From Salpingoeca rosetta (lineage: Eukaryota; Protista; Choanoflagellata), in contig JAWQFM010000010.1 in the NCBI GenBank assembly GCA_033442325.1, positions 292,930-356,929 on the forward strand: a stretch of 64,000 nt of DNA, given 5' to 3'. The notes beneath the pieces were generated by a model. The model searched no databases, had not been told where the DNA came from, and was given only the letters and a program-made list of their open reading frames with translations. The translations under genes and the position numbers were made by a program. Of the stretch, positions 17,398 through 59,841 are shown piece by piece. Positions within the stretch are counted from its first letter, which is position 1. Each line of letters begins with the position of its first letter.

Positions 17398-17773
17398 GGT
17401 GTATGTGTGTGTGTGTGTGTGTGTGTGCGTGTGTGTGTGTGTGCGTTTGCGCGCGTGTGTGTGCGCGCGTGCGTGCGTGAGTGAGTGAATGCGTGTGTTT
17501 GCGTGTGGGTGCGTGAGTGAGCGAGTGAGTGAGTGATTGAGTGAATGCGTGAGTGAATGCGTGTGTTTGCGTGTGGGTGCGTGTGTGCGTTTGCGTGTGC
17601 GCGCGCGCGAGTAATTGAGTGACTCGATGAGTGAGGGTGCAACTCTCTGTCTGTGCAATTACAGACACCATAGGTTGTTGACACCACCCACAAGCCATCA
17701 ACGACCGTACCTCCTTCGTTCTTGTTGGCAACTTCTTTCTTTAATAGCCAAGCAAGCCGCATTACTCGTAATA

Positions 17774-17850
<77 letters not shown>

Positions 17851-17995
17851 CACACGCGCATACACACATATAAGCTGTCCTTGTTGTACATGCATCAACC
17901 GATCTGTGGTATTGACGTAGCCTCACGTAAACGTAACAGAATAAACCAAACCTCCACCCAACTTGATCGTCAACTCCTGCCGCCTTCGTGTGCAA

Positions 17996-18042
<47 letters not shown>

Positions 18043-18045
18043 ACG

Positions 18046-25430
<7,385 letters not shown>

Positions 25431-25677
25431 CTCTGCTTTGTCGTTGTTGTTTTGTGATTTGAGCAGAGCAAAGCTAGAGGCAAGAGACAACAACAGGCCA
25501 GAGAGATAAGAGGGATAAGAGGGATAAGAGGCAAGAGATGTGCTGGTGAGCGCTGACGTCAAACAGCCGCTCTGGATGACGATGATTGTGGACGAATGGT
25601 GAATGATTTCCAGGAATTTTCGTACCTCTGTTGCAGCCCACAACTGTCTGTGAGTGCAAAGAAGCAGGACACAGCGG

Positions 25678-26723
25678 ATGCGACGCGCGTTGTTGTTGTT
25701 GCTGTTTGCAGCGGTGTTGTTTGTGGCGGCTGGCATGGCGGAGGAGGCGATGGCTGCGAGGCGTGTGCTGAATGTGCTGGGGACGGAGTTGCAGTCCTGC
25801 TGTCGTTCACCCATGACCGGGTTTTACCGTGACGGCTACTGTCGCACTGGACCCAACGACTTTGGCAGACACACCGTCTGCGCTCAGGTTTGTTTGTGTT
25901 TGTGTGCTCTGTGTGTGTATGCGTGATTGTATGTATGTGTGGTTGTATGTGGGTGTGTGGTTGTGCTGTGTGTGCTATGTGAATGTATGTGTGCTGTGAG
26001 TGTATGCGTGGTTGTATGTATGTGTGGTTGTGTGTGGGTGTGTGGGTGTGTGGTTGTGTGTTGTGTGTGCTTTCTGAATGTATGTGTGCTGTGTGTGCTG
26101 TGTGGGTGCACACACTCTCTATTTGCATGTGTCGTTGTACTCTGTGTGTGTGCGTGTGTGAACCCATGTGTGCAGAGTGCGTGCGTTGGTTGTGTTCATG
26201 CGTGCGAGAATGCAAGCGGCTGCTTATGTGTCGCGTCTCTTGACTGTTTTGCTCTTTTGGTTGTTGCAGGTAACGCAGGAGTTTCTGCAGTACTCCAAGG
26301 AGAGAGGGAACGATTTGATGACGCCTGCACCCCATTTCGGCTTCCCTGGGCTCCAGCCAGGCGACAGGTATGATGGCGCGGGTGCTTGCATCTTCCATTG
26401 TATGCTGTGACTGCCTCCGCTATCACGCAGCACACACACATATACACTCACACATTCACACAAACACACAAACACACACAAACGCACACACATACACACA
26501 CACACCACACACATGCACACACATGCTTGGTTGTGTCCGAACTCACACAACGCGTGCATGGTCATCAACACGCAGGTGGTGTCTGTGTGTGCTGCGGTGG
26601 AAGGAGGCGCTGGACGCCGGATGTGCACCGCCTGTCGTGCTGGAGGCGTGCCATGAGAAGACCTTGGAGGTGGTGACGCTCGAACAGCTGCAGACACACC
26701 GGCTCATGGAACCGCAGCGCTGA
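25678..26723 (+). CDS. DUF2237-family protein with N-terminal signal peptide (3 exons)
   Basis: Exons 25678-25887 (MRRALLLLLFAAVLFVAAG..NVLGTELQSCCRSPMTGFYRDGYCRTGPNDFGRHTVCAQ), 26270-26367 (VTQEFLQYSKERGNDLMTP..FPGLQPGDR) and 26576-26723 (WCLCVLRWKEALDAGCAPPVVLEACHEKTLEVV). These match the family signature NVLG..TGFxRDG.C..H.VC..GNDL.TP..PGDRWCLC..RW.EA. Confidence 0.88.
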
Positions 26724-26976
26724 GGCTGTATGTGTGTGTTTATCTGGTGTGTTTGTGCGTATGCGTGCGTGTGACACTGCTGTTCGTCACGCGGTGTTTC
26801 TGAAAACGCTTCCTTCAAATGCCATAGTGCCAACACTGTTGTCTTGGCATGCGTTTTCTGTATTGCTGCTGGTTATTCTGTCTTTGTTGGCAGCATTGAA
26901 TAACGGACAAGAATGTCACGTGACATGACACCTTTCACACGCATGGGAAGGGAAGGGAATGTGAGCGGACACAACT

Positions 26977-27015
<39 letters not shown>

Positions 27016-27089
27016 ACACACACACACACAAACACACAGACAAACACAGGCGCACAAACACAAACACACACAGACAGACAGACAGAGAC

Positions 27090-27120
<31 letters not shown>

Positions 27121-27159
27121 CAGGCGCAAAACACAAACACACAGAGACAGACAGACAGA

Positions 27160-27211
<52 letters not shown>

Positions 27212-27235
27212 CACGTACGGTCGCTGCCACCACAG

Positions 27236-31271
<4,036 letters not shown>

Positions 31272-31366
31272 CAGCCTCCACTGGCGTGCGGAAAATTGAA
31301 AGGAATCTTCTGCAAATTGCCATTAACCACGACAGAGCACCAACAGCAGACAAGACACACAGAAGC

Positions 31367-32390
<1,024 letters not shown>

Positions 32391-32398
32391 CCTTGCAT

Positions 32399-32527
<129 letters not shown>

Positions 32528-33129
32528 TGAGTCTGTTTAAACGCGCCCTTGTTCGTCCGTGAGCGCGTTTGTCAGCTTGTGATGGTTTCTCGTCACGTCT
32601 GTTCTCTTGCTGCAGCTGTAATGTTCCTGCCGTCTTCCTCTTTGGTTATGTGTCGTCGTTTGTGTACACATGCTCTTGCTGCTGATGTTCGTTGCAGCCC
32701 TGCTCGCTGCACATGTGTTGTTCTGTTTCGGGGGGAACTATATCGTTCTTGGTCTCCACGCCTTCGTCGTCGTTGGCTGCTGCATCAGCAGCCATTTCTC
32801 GCACCCCACCTCTCTCCCCCACCCCCTTTCTCTCCACAAACGCCAACTTTCTTTGGTTGCGTCGTTTATGCAAGCACCAACAAGTGCCGCGCATCCATCC
32901 ATATCGGGCAAATAAGAAAACAGCAAATCGAACAGACCGAAATGGTACCACAGCAAGCGGCAGTAACAATGGCGAAATGCGCCCATAATGAAGAGAATGT
33001 GTGTGTGTGAATGTGGGAATGTGACTGTGTGTGTGTGTGTGTGTGTGTAAGTGTGTGAGTGCGTTGATGTGTGAATGTGTGTTTGTGTGTGTGCGCGCGC
33101 GCGCGTGTGTGTGTGCGTTTGCGCGCTTT

Positions 33130-33565
33130 TCACATTGCGGTGTAGTCGCGGGTGTTGAGGACAATGACGTCGTCCGCGTTCATTCCCAGCGCAAACACAC
33201 GCGCACCGCTCGTCAGCTCCGTATCCCCGAGCGTCAGCACCTGCCGGCAGTGGTGGATGATGGTCGTGGTGAGGGCATCGATTGTGGGAATTTGCAATTT
33301 GATGGATGCACATCGCTTGCACGTACACAGACACCCACACCCCCCCCCCCCCCACACACACACCAGCACGAACCTGGCAGTCGATGGGAATATCGAAAGC
33401 GCGCAGGAGATACGATTTGATGTCGCGAACGGTGGTGGCGGCGAAGGCCGTGAACGACATGTGCTCCTGACAATATGATGGCGTGACGGGCGCACCAGGA
33501 ACCCAAAACAGCGCAGAGGGAATATAGCAACACATGTGTGAATGAAGGAGATCAATCACGCACTC

Positions 33566-33608
<43 letters not shown>

Positions 33609-33735
33609 CACACACAAACACAGACAAGTCACACAGACAAATTCACACACATCAAGTCACACACACATATACACGCACTAACGCACACACACATATACAC
33701 GCACTAACACACACACGCACACAGACAACAGACAA

Positions 33736-33782
<47 letters not shown>

Positions 33783-34451
33783 CTCTCTCTCTCCACGGGC
33801 GTACGTGTGTTGCATTGTTGAGAATGGTCACGTCCATGGAATCGGCAGCAGCACCACTTCCACCGCCCGACGCGTCCAACAGCAACGACGACGATGACGA
33901 CGCCCCTCCAGCTGATGGGCGATTGCGCGGTCGTGGCCGTGGCCGCGGTGCTGGTGCTGGGCGTGTGGCTGCTGGTGTTGGTGTTGGGCGTGTCGGTGCA
34001 CGGCGCGATGGCGGTGGTGGCACGCGCTCTCCACCGACAAACACGAGCCGGTCCCTGCCTCGGTGGTGGTGGTGATGGTCATGATGATGATGATGGGCGT
34101 GTGAGTCAAAGGCACGGGGTCTGCAGCAGGAGAAGTAGGGGCACAAGTGCTGCTGCGAATGAAAGCAATGGCGTGACGTGGTCATATGGCTGATGGTCAT
34201 TCAAAATTATCATGCACCCAATCATATTTGGTGCCTGCTCACCCCGTCGTCGAGTGCCGGATGTGTGAGTCCTCAAACGTTGGCGGCTCCATCTGGTCCA
34301 TCGCCTCTGGCCACGTGTCTGCACAAGGGAGACAGTGAGCGCGCGGGCGTATGAGCGTGTGCGTATGTGTGCGTGTGTGAGTGTGTGTGTGCGTGTGCGT
34401 GAGCGGGTGTGAGTGTGTGTGTGCGTGTGTGTGTGCGTGAGCGCGTGAGTC

Positions 34452-34517
<66 letters not shown>

Positions 34518-34905
34518 AGTGTGTGGTTGTGTGAGTGTGTGCATAAACATGCCTGCATGCATGCCTATCTGAGATTAACATGCCCCACAATCACGGCCAT
34601 CACACCACCAAGTCGCACAACCACTTTCAGCACCAGTACGCACCTTGACCCGCACTTTTGTCACCGCCACCGCTCGTCGCACTGCTGTCGTCCACTGGAA
34701 ATGCAAAGTGCACGTGCATGCTCCCACCCTCTGCGTTCCTCCCTAGCCGGTCGCGACCACTACCACCATCATCGTCATCGCCATCATCATCATCGCCATC
34801 ATTATCATCATCATCGTGGCGCGGGATGTATGCTGAGAGATCGGTGGCTGTGTGTGCAATCTGCGATTGCTGGTCCCTTCGCTCCACTTGCACACGCAGT
34901 GTCCC
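33130..34905 (-). CDS. 3' part of a gene with C-terminal ubiquitin-like domain (resembles USP48 C-terminal UBL); 5' part in/after the N-gap
   Basis: Spliceable exons at ~34905-34645, ~34318-34243, ~34055-33804, ~33466-33374 (EHMSFTAFAATTVRDIKSYLLRAFDIPIDCQ) and ~33240-33130 (VLTLGDTELTSGARVFALGMNADDVIVL..TGA). The ubiquitin-fold pattern TV.DIK......IP...Q.L..G..L..G.....LG..D.I.L is present. Confidence 0.55.
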
Positions 34906-34918
34906 TGTAGTTGTCAGA

Positions 34919-34980
<62 letters not shown>

Positions 34981-35010
34981 GGAGGAGGAGGAGGAGGGAG
35001 GAGGAGGAGG

Positions 35011-35844
35011 NNNNNNNNNNNNNNNNNNNNNNNNNNNNNNNNNNNNNNNNNNNNNNNNNNNNNNNNNNNNNNNNNNNNNNNNNNNNNNNNNNNNNNNNNN
35101 NNNNNNNNNNNNNNNNNNNNNNNNNNNNNNNNNNNNNNNNNNNNNNNNNNNNNNNNNNNNNNNNNNNNNNNNNNNNNNNNNNNNNNNNNNNNNNNNNNNN
35201 NNNNNNNNNNNNNNNNNNNNNNNNNNNNNNNNNNNNNNNNNNNNNNNNNNNNNNNNNNNNNNNNNNNNNNNNNNNNNNNNNNNNNNNNNNNNNNNNNNNN
35301 NNNNNNNNNNNNNNNNNNNNNNNNNNNNNNNNNNNNNNNNNNNNNNNNNNNNNNNNNNNNNNNNNNNNNNNNNNNNNNNNNNNNNNNNNNNNNNNNNNNN
35401 NNNNNNNNNNNNNNNNNNNNNNNNNNNNNNNNNNNNNNNNNNNNNNNNNNNNNNNNNNNNNNNNNNNNNNNNNNNNNNNNNNNNNNNNNNNNNNNNNNNN
35501 NNNNNNNNNNNNNNNNNNNNNNNNNNNNNNNNNNNNNNNNNNNNNNNNNNNNNNNNNNNNNNNNNNNNNNNNNNNNNNNNNNNNNNNNNNNNNNNNNNNN
35601 NNNNNNNNNNNNNNNNNNNNNNNNNNNNNNNNNNNNNNNNNNNNNNNNNNNNNNNNNNNNNNNNNNNNNNNNNNNNNNNNNNNNNNNNNNNNNNNNNNNN
35701 NNNNNNNNNNNNNNNNNNNNNNNNNNNNNNNNNNNNNNNNNNNNNNNNNNNNNNNNNNNNNNNNNNNNNNNNNNNNNNNNNNNNNNNNNNNNNNNNNNNN
35801 NNNNNNNNNNNNNNNNNNNNNNNNNNNNNNNNNNNNNNNNNNNN
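35011..35844. other. Assembly gap (~834 N)
   Basis: N run. Confidence 1.
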
Positions 35845-36377
35845 TATTCGGTTACTAAAACATCTTATCGGGCCTTTGACATGGATCATGCTTATTGTGC
35901 TCTTAGTGGCTGCTCTATATAAGTAAAGCCCCCTTCTCTAAATCACCCACCCCCCCCCTTCCTTCCCTACTCTCGTAGTTCACTCCTCTTCCCCCGCTCT
36001 CTGCTCATTGTTCTTTAATACACTTATGTAAATGATCCTACTTACGTCGTATACTCCTCAACGTCTGCTCATCATGTACTTATATTATCCTCATCTGCTC
36101 TCTCCTCTATCCTCCTCTGTGACCACCCTTTAGTGCTCCTACTGAATTGTTTGCGCTGGCACTCCTCGACCTTTCTTATATTTTTATGACTATCACCATA
36201 TTCACTAAGTTCCTGCTCATCTCTCTTTAGATAGACCCTACACAACTATTGTCTCCTTATCATCCAGAACAACCCGCAACCAGTCCCGACACCACAATAA
36301 AACAACCAAAAACCACTCTGTAATACAAAGTACTCTCACTCTCACTCCCACATCGCACACACACACTCACACACACA

Positions 36378-36454
<77 letters not shown>

Positions 36455-36513
36455 ACACCAAGACAGAGAGACGAGAAGCAAGGCGTCGAGAGTAGCTTGA
36501 CGTCACGGACACC

Positions 36514-52887
<16,374 letters not shown>

Positions 52888-53173
52888 TTGGACAATGCAT
52901 TCGATCAGACGATGCACGTGCGTGCGCGCATGGCCTCGTGTGGAGTTATGATGCGATGGGTCATGCTGTGTGGGTGTGTGTTCTTTTACTTGTACTCTTG
53001 CTTTGTTCTTTCCTCTTCTGTTGATTCGTGCCTACCGCCTATGTTAATTGAACCACAATGACAAACACCGGCTGCTGTGAAAGTGGCAATGCTTGCTTGC
53101 TGTATTGGAAGAGGGATGGGCGCTATGATGAACGTACACCCACGGGTGCTCGTCAAACCAATGAAGGACGACG

Positions 53174-53266
<93 letters not shown>

Positions 53267-53330
53267 CATGACACGTGCGAACACACCAACACACACAATA
53301 CTGCAGTGCACGACCATTGTTGCCGTTCGT

Positions 53331-53782
53331 CTACTGGTTCAGTTCATCCTTGAGCGAATCCATCTCAATCAGCTCCTGCACAGATGTGTGTGTGTGTATG
53401 TGTGTGTGGTAGCATGAATTCGGCGAGCCATCACAGGTGTGTGTTTTTCTGCCCAAACATGAACACGCGCACCTGCGCATGTGCACTCATCCCCCCCTCT
53501 CCGCCTCGCAGCCCTGTCGCACCTTGACAATGTCGAGACCGCCAATGAGGTTCCCCTTGGAGTACAGCTGCGGATATGTGGGCCAGTTTGAGAACGTCTT
53601 CAGGCCCTGGCGAACCTATCAAAATGATTGTGGACACGAATGCCATGGGTGTGAACATCGATGTGACCGTTGTGAGCGGCAAAGCCAGCTGCACATGTGA
53701 TAGTCTGTGCACTGCGTAAGAGCACGAACAAACTCGCAAGCTGGAGAAAGATGTGCGCTATCATCAGCGTTCGTCGGCTTGT

Positions 53783-53863
<81 letters not shown>

Positions 53864-55869
53864 CCTCGTCGCCAAGAATGTCGTAGTAGTCAAAGGCAAT
53901 GTCCTGGTCCCTGAGCAGCTGCGCCATGGTCCTGCTGAAACCGCAGCGCGGGGCGTCAGGTGTGCCCTTCATAAACAGCATCACGGGCGACTGGTGCGTC
54001 AGCTTCTTCAGCCTGCACGCACACGCACACGGGCGACGTGACGGTGGAGATTGGTGATGATGGGGGCAAGGGTGGTGGTTGTGAGGCCACTGGAACAAGC
54101 GTGTGCAGTGTCGACTTTGTGAACAACACATCCAAGGTGGTGGGCATTGGTGAACGACACACACACACACACACACGCACACACACACACACACAAAACA
54201 CGCACACACACAAAACACGCACGCACATACACACACATACAAATAACGCACCTTGATAATGTCAAGACCGCCCACGAGCTCGCCGTCAATGTACAGCTGC
54301 GGATATGTGGGCCAGTTTGAAAACGTCTTCAGGCCCTGGCGAACCTGTTGAAACAGCCACGAGAGATGCACAACCGCGCACATGAGAGGTGGGGACCAGC
54401 AATGCATGTGTGTGCATGTGTGTGCATGTGTGCATGTGTGCATGTGTGCGCGTGTCAGTGCGTGTCAGTGCACCTCTGGGTCGGCGAGGATGTTGAAGGA
54501 GCTGTACTCTGCATCCTGCGACTTGAGCAGCTCAACCATGGTGCGCGAGAATCCTGTGATACAATGAAAACGGCAGTGGCGACCGAGTGAGCCTGCAGAA
54601 GGCGGTCGAATCATAAGGAGAACCACACACACACAAATACTACACACACACGCACACTCACACGCACGCACGCACGCACGCATACACACACACGCACGCA
54701 CGCACACACACACACACACACACGCACACACACACACACACGCACACACACACATACTACACACACACACATACTACACACACACGCACACGCACACGCA
54801 CACGCACACACGCACGCACGCACGCACACGCACACACACACATACTACACACACACACACATATATACTACACACACTAACTACTCACCACAGCGGGGCT
54901 CGTCTGGCGTGCCCTTCATGAAGAGCATGACCGGGGCCGCGTGAATGAGCTTGCGCAGCTTGGCATCCAAGTCCTACGTCATGGATGGGAAGGAGGGGAC
55001 GCGGATACGGCGGGAAGACGCAGGGCGCGCGGGGAGGTGGGGATGAGCAGCAGAGATGGGTGGCTGAAGGCGAATGGCTCGCAGATTATGCAGGTACACA
55101 CACACACACATACACACACACACATACACACACACACACACACATACACACACATACACACACATACACACACACACCGATGACTGCTGCCCCGACGCTG
55201 CGGGCGCTGCTGGGGCCGTTGCATGCTTCTCGACTTTGCTGGCAAGTTCGGGGACATTAGCGCCGTCAACACGGTCCACAACGTTGCCACCCTGCCACGA
55301 GCACACGCACGGCAGATAGAAGGGGCCACGAACGACAAGGTGAAGATGGAGGCATGATGAATCAATACAGCAGGCAGGCGTGTCCCACACACATGTGCAT
55401 ACACACACACGCACACAACACACACATGTGCAGACACAAACACACACGCACACAGGCGCACGCGCACACACAAACACAAGCAAGCACACAAGCATGCATA
55501 CACACACCATGCGTGCTACCTTGAGCAGGATGATGGTGGGCACTGCGGTGACGGTGAACTTCTCCGAAAGCTCAACGACGGCCTCTGCCTCGACGCGTCC
55601 GAACCTGGCGTTGGGGGTGCGCTTGGCCAGCTCGGCGACAACGTCGTCCACTTGCTTGCATTGCGGCGCCCAGTCTGCCCAGAAGTGGATCACAACCAGA
55701 GACCTACCATACATTACACGGGTGCGCGTGGTGGGGAGGCAAGGAGTGAGACGAAAGAGAAGGCATGGTGTGCAGGCAAGAAAGGAGGACGGTCGGACAC
55801 ACAGGTGACAGCTGTGAACAGTTGTGAACAGTTGTGTGCAGCTGAGGTACAGTGCATGTGTACATATTC

Positions 55870-55931
<62 letters not shown>

Positions 55932-56147
55932 CCCCCCCCCCACACACACGCACAATACGCACCCCTTGGCTTCGTTGGCGAGCTTGAGCAGTTCATCTGC
56001 GCTCTTGATGTCCTCAACGCTGCCACTCATCTTCGCAACTCCCGTGCTCTCTTGCTCTTCCTTCTTGTCTGTGTTGCGCGTTGTTGTTGTTGTTGCGTTG
56101 TCGTCACCCCCAAATATCCAATCCCAAATCGACAGCAGCCACGACAT
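53331..56147 (-). CDS. GLRX3: Glutaredoxin-3 / PICOT (Trx-Grx-Grx monothiol glutaredoxin)
   Basis: Trx domain [16 protein letters not shown]. Two Grx domains, each with [15 protein letters not shown] and [23 protein letters not shown]. Stop TAG 53331-53333. In-frame ATGs at 56147 and 56030. Confidence 0.95.
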
Positions 56148-56162
56148 TGTGATGATTTGGAA

Positions 56163-56205
<43 letters not shown>

Positions 56206-56410
56206 CTCCCTCGCCCCCCCCCACTTCCTTTCTCTGCTCTCCTTTCGGCATGCAACAGTGGTGGAGCAATGCGGATTGTAATGACACTTGGAAGCCAACT
56301 AAGTAGTACGTACAAGAAGAGAAACAACGACTGACACGTGACCCATGATAACCCCATCCATCCATCCTTGTTTCAAGCGCAAATCCCTGCCACACATGTG
56401 CATTGGTCCG

Positions 56411-57077
56411 TTACTCGTCATCTGTCTCGTCGCTCCCTCCTTCCTCTTGTTGCTCGCCCTCATCGTCATCATCTTCATCACCATCGTCATCATCTTCATC
56501 ACCGCCATCGTCGTTGCTTCCTTCCTCTGAACCCGAACCTGACTCACCCTCCTCGTCATCATCATCATCGTCGTCGCCAGCATCCTCCTCCTCCTCCTCC
56601 TCCTCCTCATCATCATCATCATCATCATCATCCTCCTCCTCATCGCCATCCATGCTGGTGTCTTGCGTCTCCCCGCGAACCTTCGCCAGCTCGGCCTTCA
56701 CCTGGCCGTACGGTACACACTCCGGTACGTACTCTGTAGAGCGGTGACACCAAGGCATGAGGGCCAGCGATGAGCATGCACGCAACTGAAGAATGGCGCG
56801 TAAACATGCAGCACACCCTCACAATGCACACGAAATAAGCATACAGCACAACGTACACCGTGCAACGTACAATCCACACACACACACACAGAGTGTACGT
56901 ACAGTGCACACTGTCTATCGCACACGCACCGAGGAGAAAGTCGACGGGCTCGTGTGCTTTGATGCGCTGCACAAGAGCGTCGTACGAAAACGTCTTGCCC
57001 GTGTGCCCTTGCACCAGCCACTGCATAAACATTTTCTGTTCGCCAAGCACACACACACGCACACACACACGCACACA

Positions 57078-57137
<60 letters not shown>

Positions 57138-57453
57138 NNNNNNNNNNNNNNNNNNNNNNNNNNNNNNNNNNNNNNNNNNNNNNNNNNNNNNNNNNNNNNN
57201 NNNNNNNNNNNNNNNNNNNNNNNNNNNNNNNNNNNNNNNNNGACCGAAATGCAGGTAATGATTGCCTCAAGCACAACCGTGTGACCACATTCGCGTAGGG
57301 AAATTTGGGGAGCCTAAACGACGGATAGGGCAACACATCTAGGCAGGCTAAGAGCGCGACCTTGAATATGCGGTGGGCCCTCACAGCTAACGTGTTCATA
57401 ACTTAAACCTACACAAGAGCCGTTCGTATCAACGGGGCATGGCTTTGAGTCCA

Positions 57454-57494
<41 letters not shown>

Positions 57495-57891
57495 AACAAA
57501 CAAACAAACAAACAAACAAACACACACACATAAAGAACACGTGAGATGCAACGCAAATGAGCAGAAACAACAATCGTAAACACACACACACACACACACA
57601 AACAAACAAACAAACAAAAACACACACCGTGGCTTTGGACATAAGGACAACGCTCTCTGGCGTGAGGATGCCGTGCTCAGACTCGTCACGCATGATGTTC
57701 CGGATGCGCGCAACTGGCAGGGCAGACGGCAGGTCTTTGTTTGGCTGTCGTGCATGATGCACACATGAATGTACAAGCAGGGGCGCACATGTGTGTATGC
57801 ATGCCGGGACACGCAAGAAGGAGCAGGGTATTAGCGTGCATGCTGGGCGTTCATCGTTCAACGAGGCGGGACGCATAACGCCGCAGCTGAC

Positions 57892-57923
<32 letters not shown>

Positions 57924-57927
57924 GCAC

Positions 57928-57959
<32 letters not shown>

Positions 57960-58443
57960 GCACACGCACACGTACACGCACACGCACACACATTCACGCA
58001 CTCACCTTGCGCCCGCGTTTTGCCTTCTTAGGTGCTGGGTTCCCGTTCTCCGCCGTGTCACCCGCGGATTCGTTTTGCTTCGCCGGGTTTCCAGAATCAC
58101 TGCGCGAAGTAGATGCTGGTGCTTCCGCCGAGCTGCACACACACAAACACCCCCCCCCCCAACAATTGCCAGCGCTGTGAGCAAACACAAGCACACACTG
58201 GCACACACTACATTCCATACAAACACGCATGTGTAAGCGACAGCTGGGCGCAACACACCTGGTGCTGCCAAACACGGATGTGAAGATGTTGTTGCCGCTG
58301 GCGTCTTGTGGTGCTGGTTTCAATTTTGTCTTCGCCGCCACAGGCGCCGCTGACACCTCGTCTGCTGCACTGTCGACGACCTTCGCCGGCAATCGCATCT
58401 GCTCTTGCAGCGCGGGCGCGCTGCCACTGCCATCTCCCATCAT
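56411..58443 (-). CDS. H2A-like histone-fold protein (DPB3/POLE4/CHRAC1 group, NF-YC/NC2-alpha fold) with acidic tail
   Basis: LPVARIRNIMRDESEHGILTPESVVLMSKAT|KMFMQWLV..KTFSYDALVQRIKAHEPVDFLL|EYVPECVPYGQVK, followed by a D/E tail. NLS-like PKKAKRGRK. One intron contains an N-gap. Stop TAA 56411-56413. Confidence 0.8.
57138..57241. other. Assembly gap (~104 N)
   Basis: N run. Confidence 1.
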
Positions 58444-58951
58444 ACGCGCGTCTGCGCTTGGCGATGCAGTAACCACAAGAGGCGTGTGCGCGCCGCGAAG
58501 AACGGCAGTGCATGTGAGCAGGAGACACAGTGAGCGGCGGGAAGCACAACCACGCACTACCAAACCAAAGGGCGCATCCACACGTCAACACAAAGCAACA
58601 GCGCAACCAAAGCCTGCTCAACCAACACCCGCCGCCAACATCAACTTCAACAACACACCAGCCCAAAGAAGCAAGGCCGTTGTCGCACACCACCACCACC
58701 TGCTGCTGTTGTTGTCGGTGGCGCCAACCACAGATATTTGCGATTCACGAATGATTTCCAGTTATTTTCGGCACCAATCTGGCTCGCTGGCGCTGCCTTG
58801 TCCCTGCTGTGTGGCTTGAGGCGTTGTGGCTGGGTGAGCCGTGTTGTGTTGTTGGACGACAACGTGGGAGGCAAATAAGGGGAGCCAGGAGCCGATAGAG
58901 AGGCACGGTGGAAGCCTTTGATGCTGGTAATACAAGCACACACGCACAGCA

Positions 58952-59792
58952 ATGTCGAGTGGCCTCTCTGCGTGGTTTGAGAAGAAGGGGGCAGTCAACC
59001 CGTCCTGGAAGAAAAGGTGAGCACGCTCTTCGTTCGTGCATGCATACGAACGCGGTTGCTGTTGCATCGCATCCGCTGCGCTGTCACTCTCTATCAATGC
59101 TCGTGATGTTGGTGCTCCTTCTTTGTCACAGGGTCTTCCTTCCTCCTCTTCTTCTCCTCTCCTCCTCTCCTCAACACCATAACGCCCGCGTGCTTGTCAC
59201 TTTGCTTGTGAATGTTTTGGTTGTGTGGCTGTTCGTTGTCTGCAATCCCAGGTGGTTTGACTTGAAGGGCAACTGCATCGAGTATCGCAAGTCGCCCAGC
59301 GATGCACTTCCACGCGGCGTAATCAACCTGTCCAATGCAAGACTGGAACCACTCGCCCCAGAGGTGTGTGTCTGTGTCTGTGCCTGTGCCTGTGTTTCTG
59401 TCTGCACATGTGTGCGCGTTGTGCGTGTGTTTCTGTCTGTATGTGTGCATGTGACGTGTTTATCATATTGAAGTTTGCTTTGCGTGCGCGCCTGGATCCA
59501 TTTTGTCCCGTCATGCTTGCCATCCTCCAAACTGAATCGGGTTGGCACCCATCCCTGTACCTCGGCCACGGTGACAGGACAACAACTGGCAGGATCGCCT
59601 TGCCATTCACACAGCCGGCGGACGCACATACATGATCAGAGCCAAGCTTGCCTTGCTCAAGGAGTGGATCCCAGCGATTCAAGATCGCATCAACGCCATC
59701 AGCAGCCGCAACGATGAGGCACCCGTACCGCGTGCCACTGCATCTTCCAGCATATCAGGTATATGAGCTCTGCTCGTTCTTGTGTGTGTGTG

Positions 59793-59841
<49 letters not shown>

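Noticed and set aside
32549-33020. Possible small gene or mobile element, because it recurs at 37871-38150
   Set aside because: It reads as UTR/intergenic sequence between convergent genes. The second copy is gap-adjacent and lacks TIR/TSD hallmarks.
35845-36350. Pyrimidine-rich, compositionally odd segment upstream of POLE (similarly 57242-57450)
   Set aside because: It lies directly after a gap and has no credible ORF or splice pattern; probably degraded read sequence.
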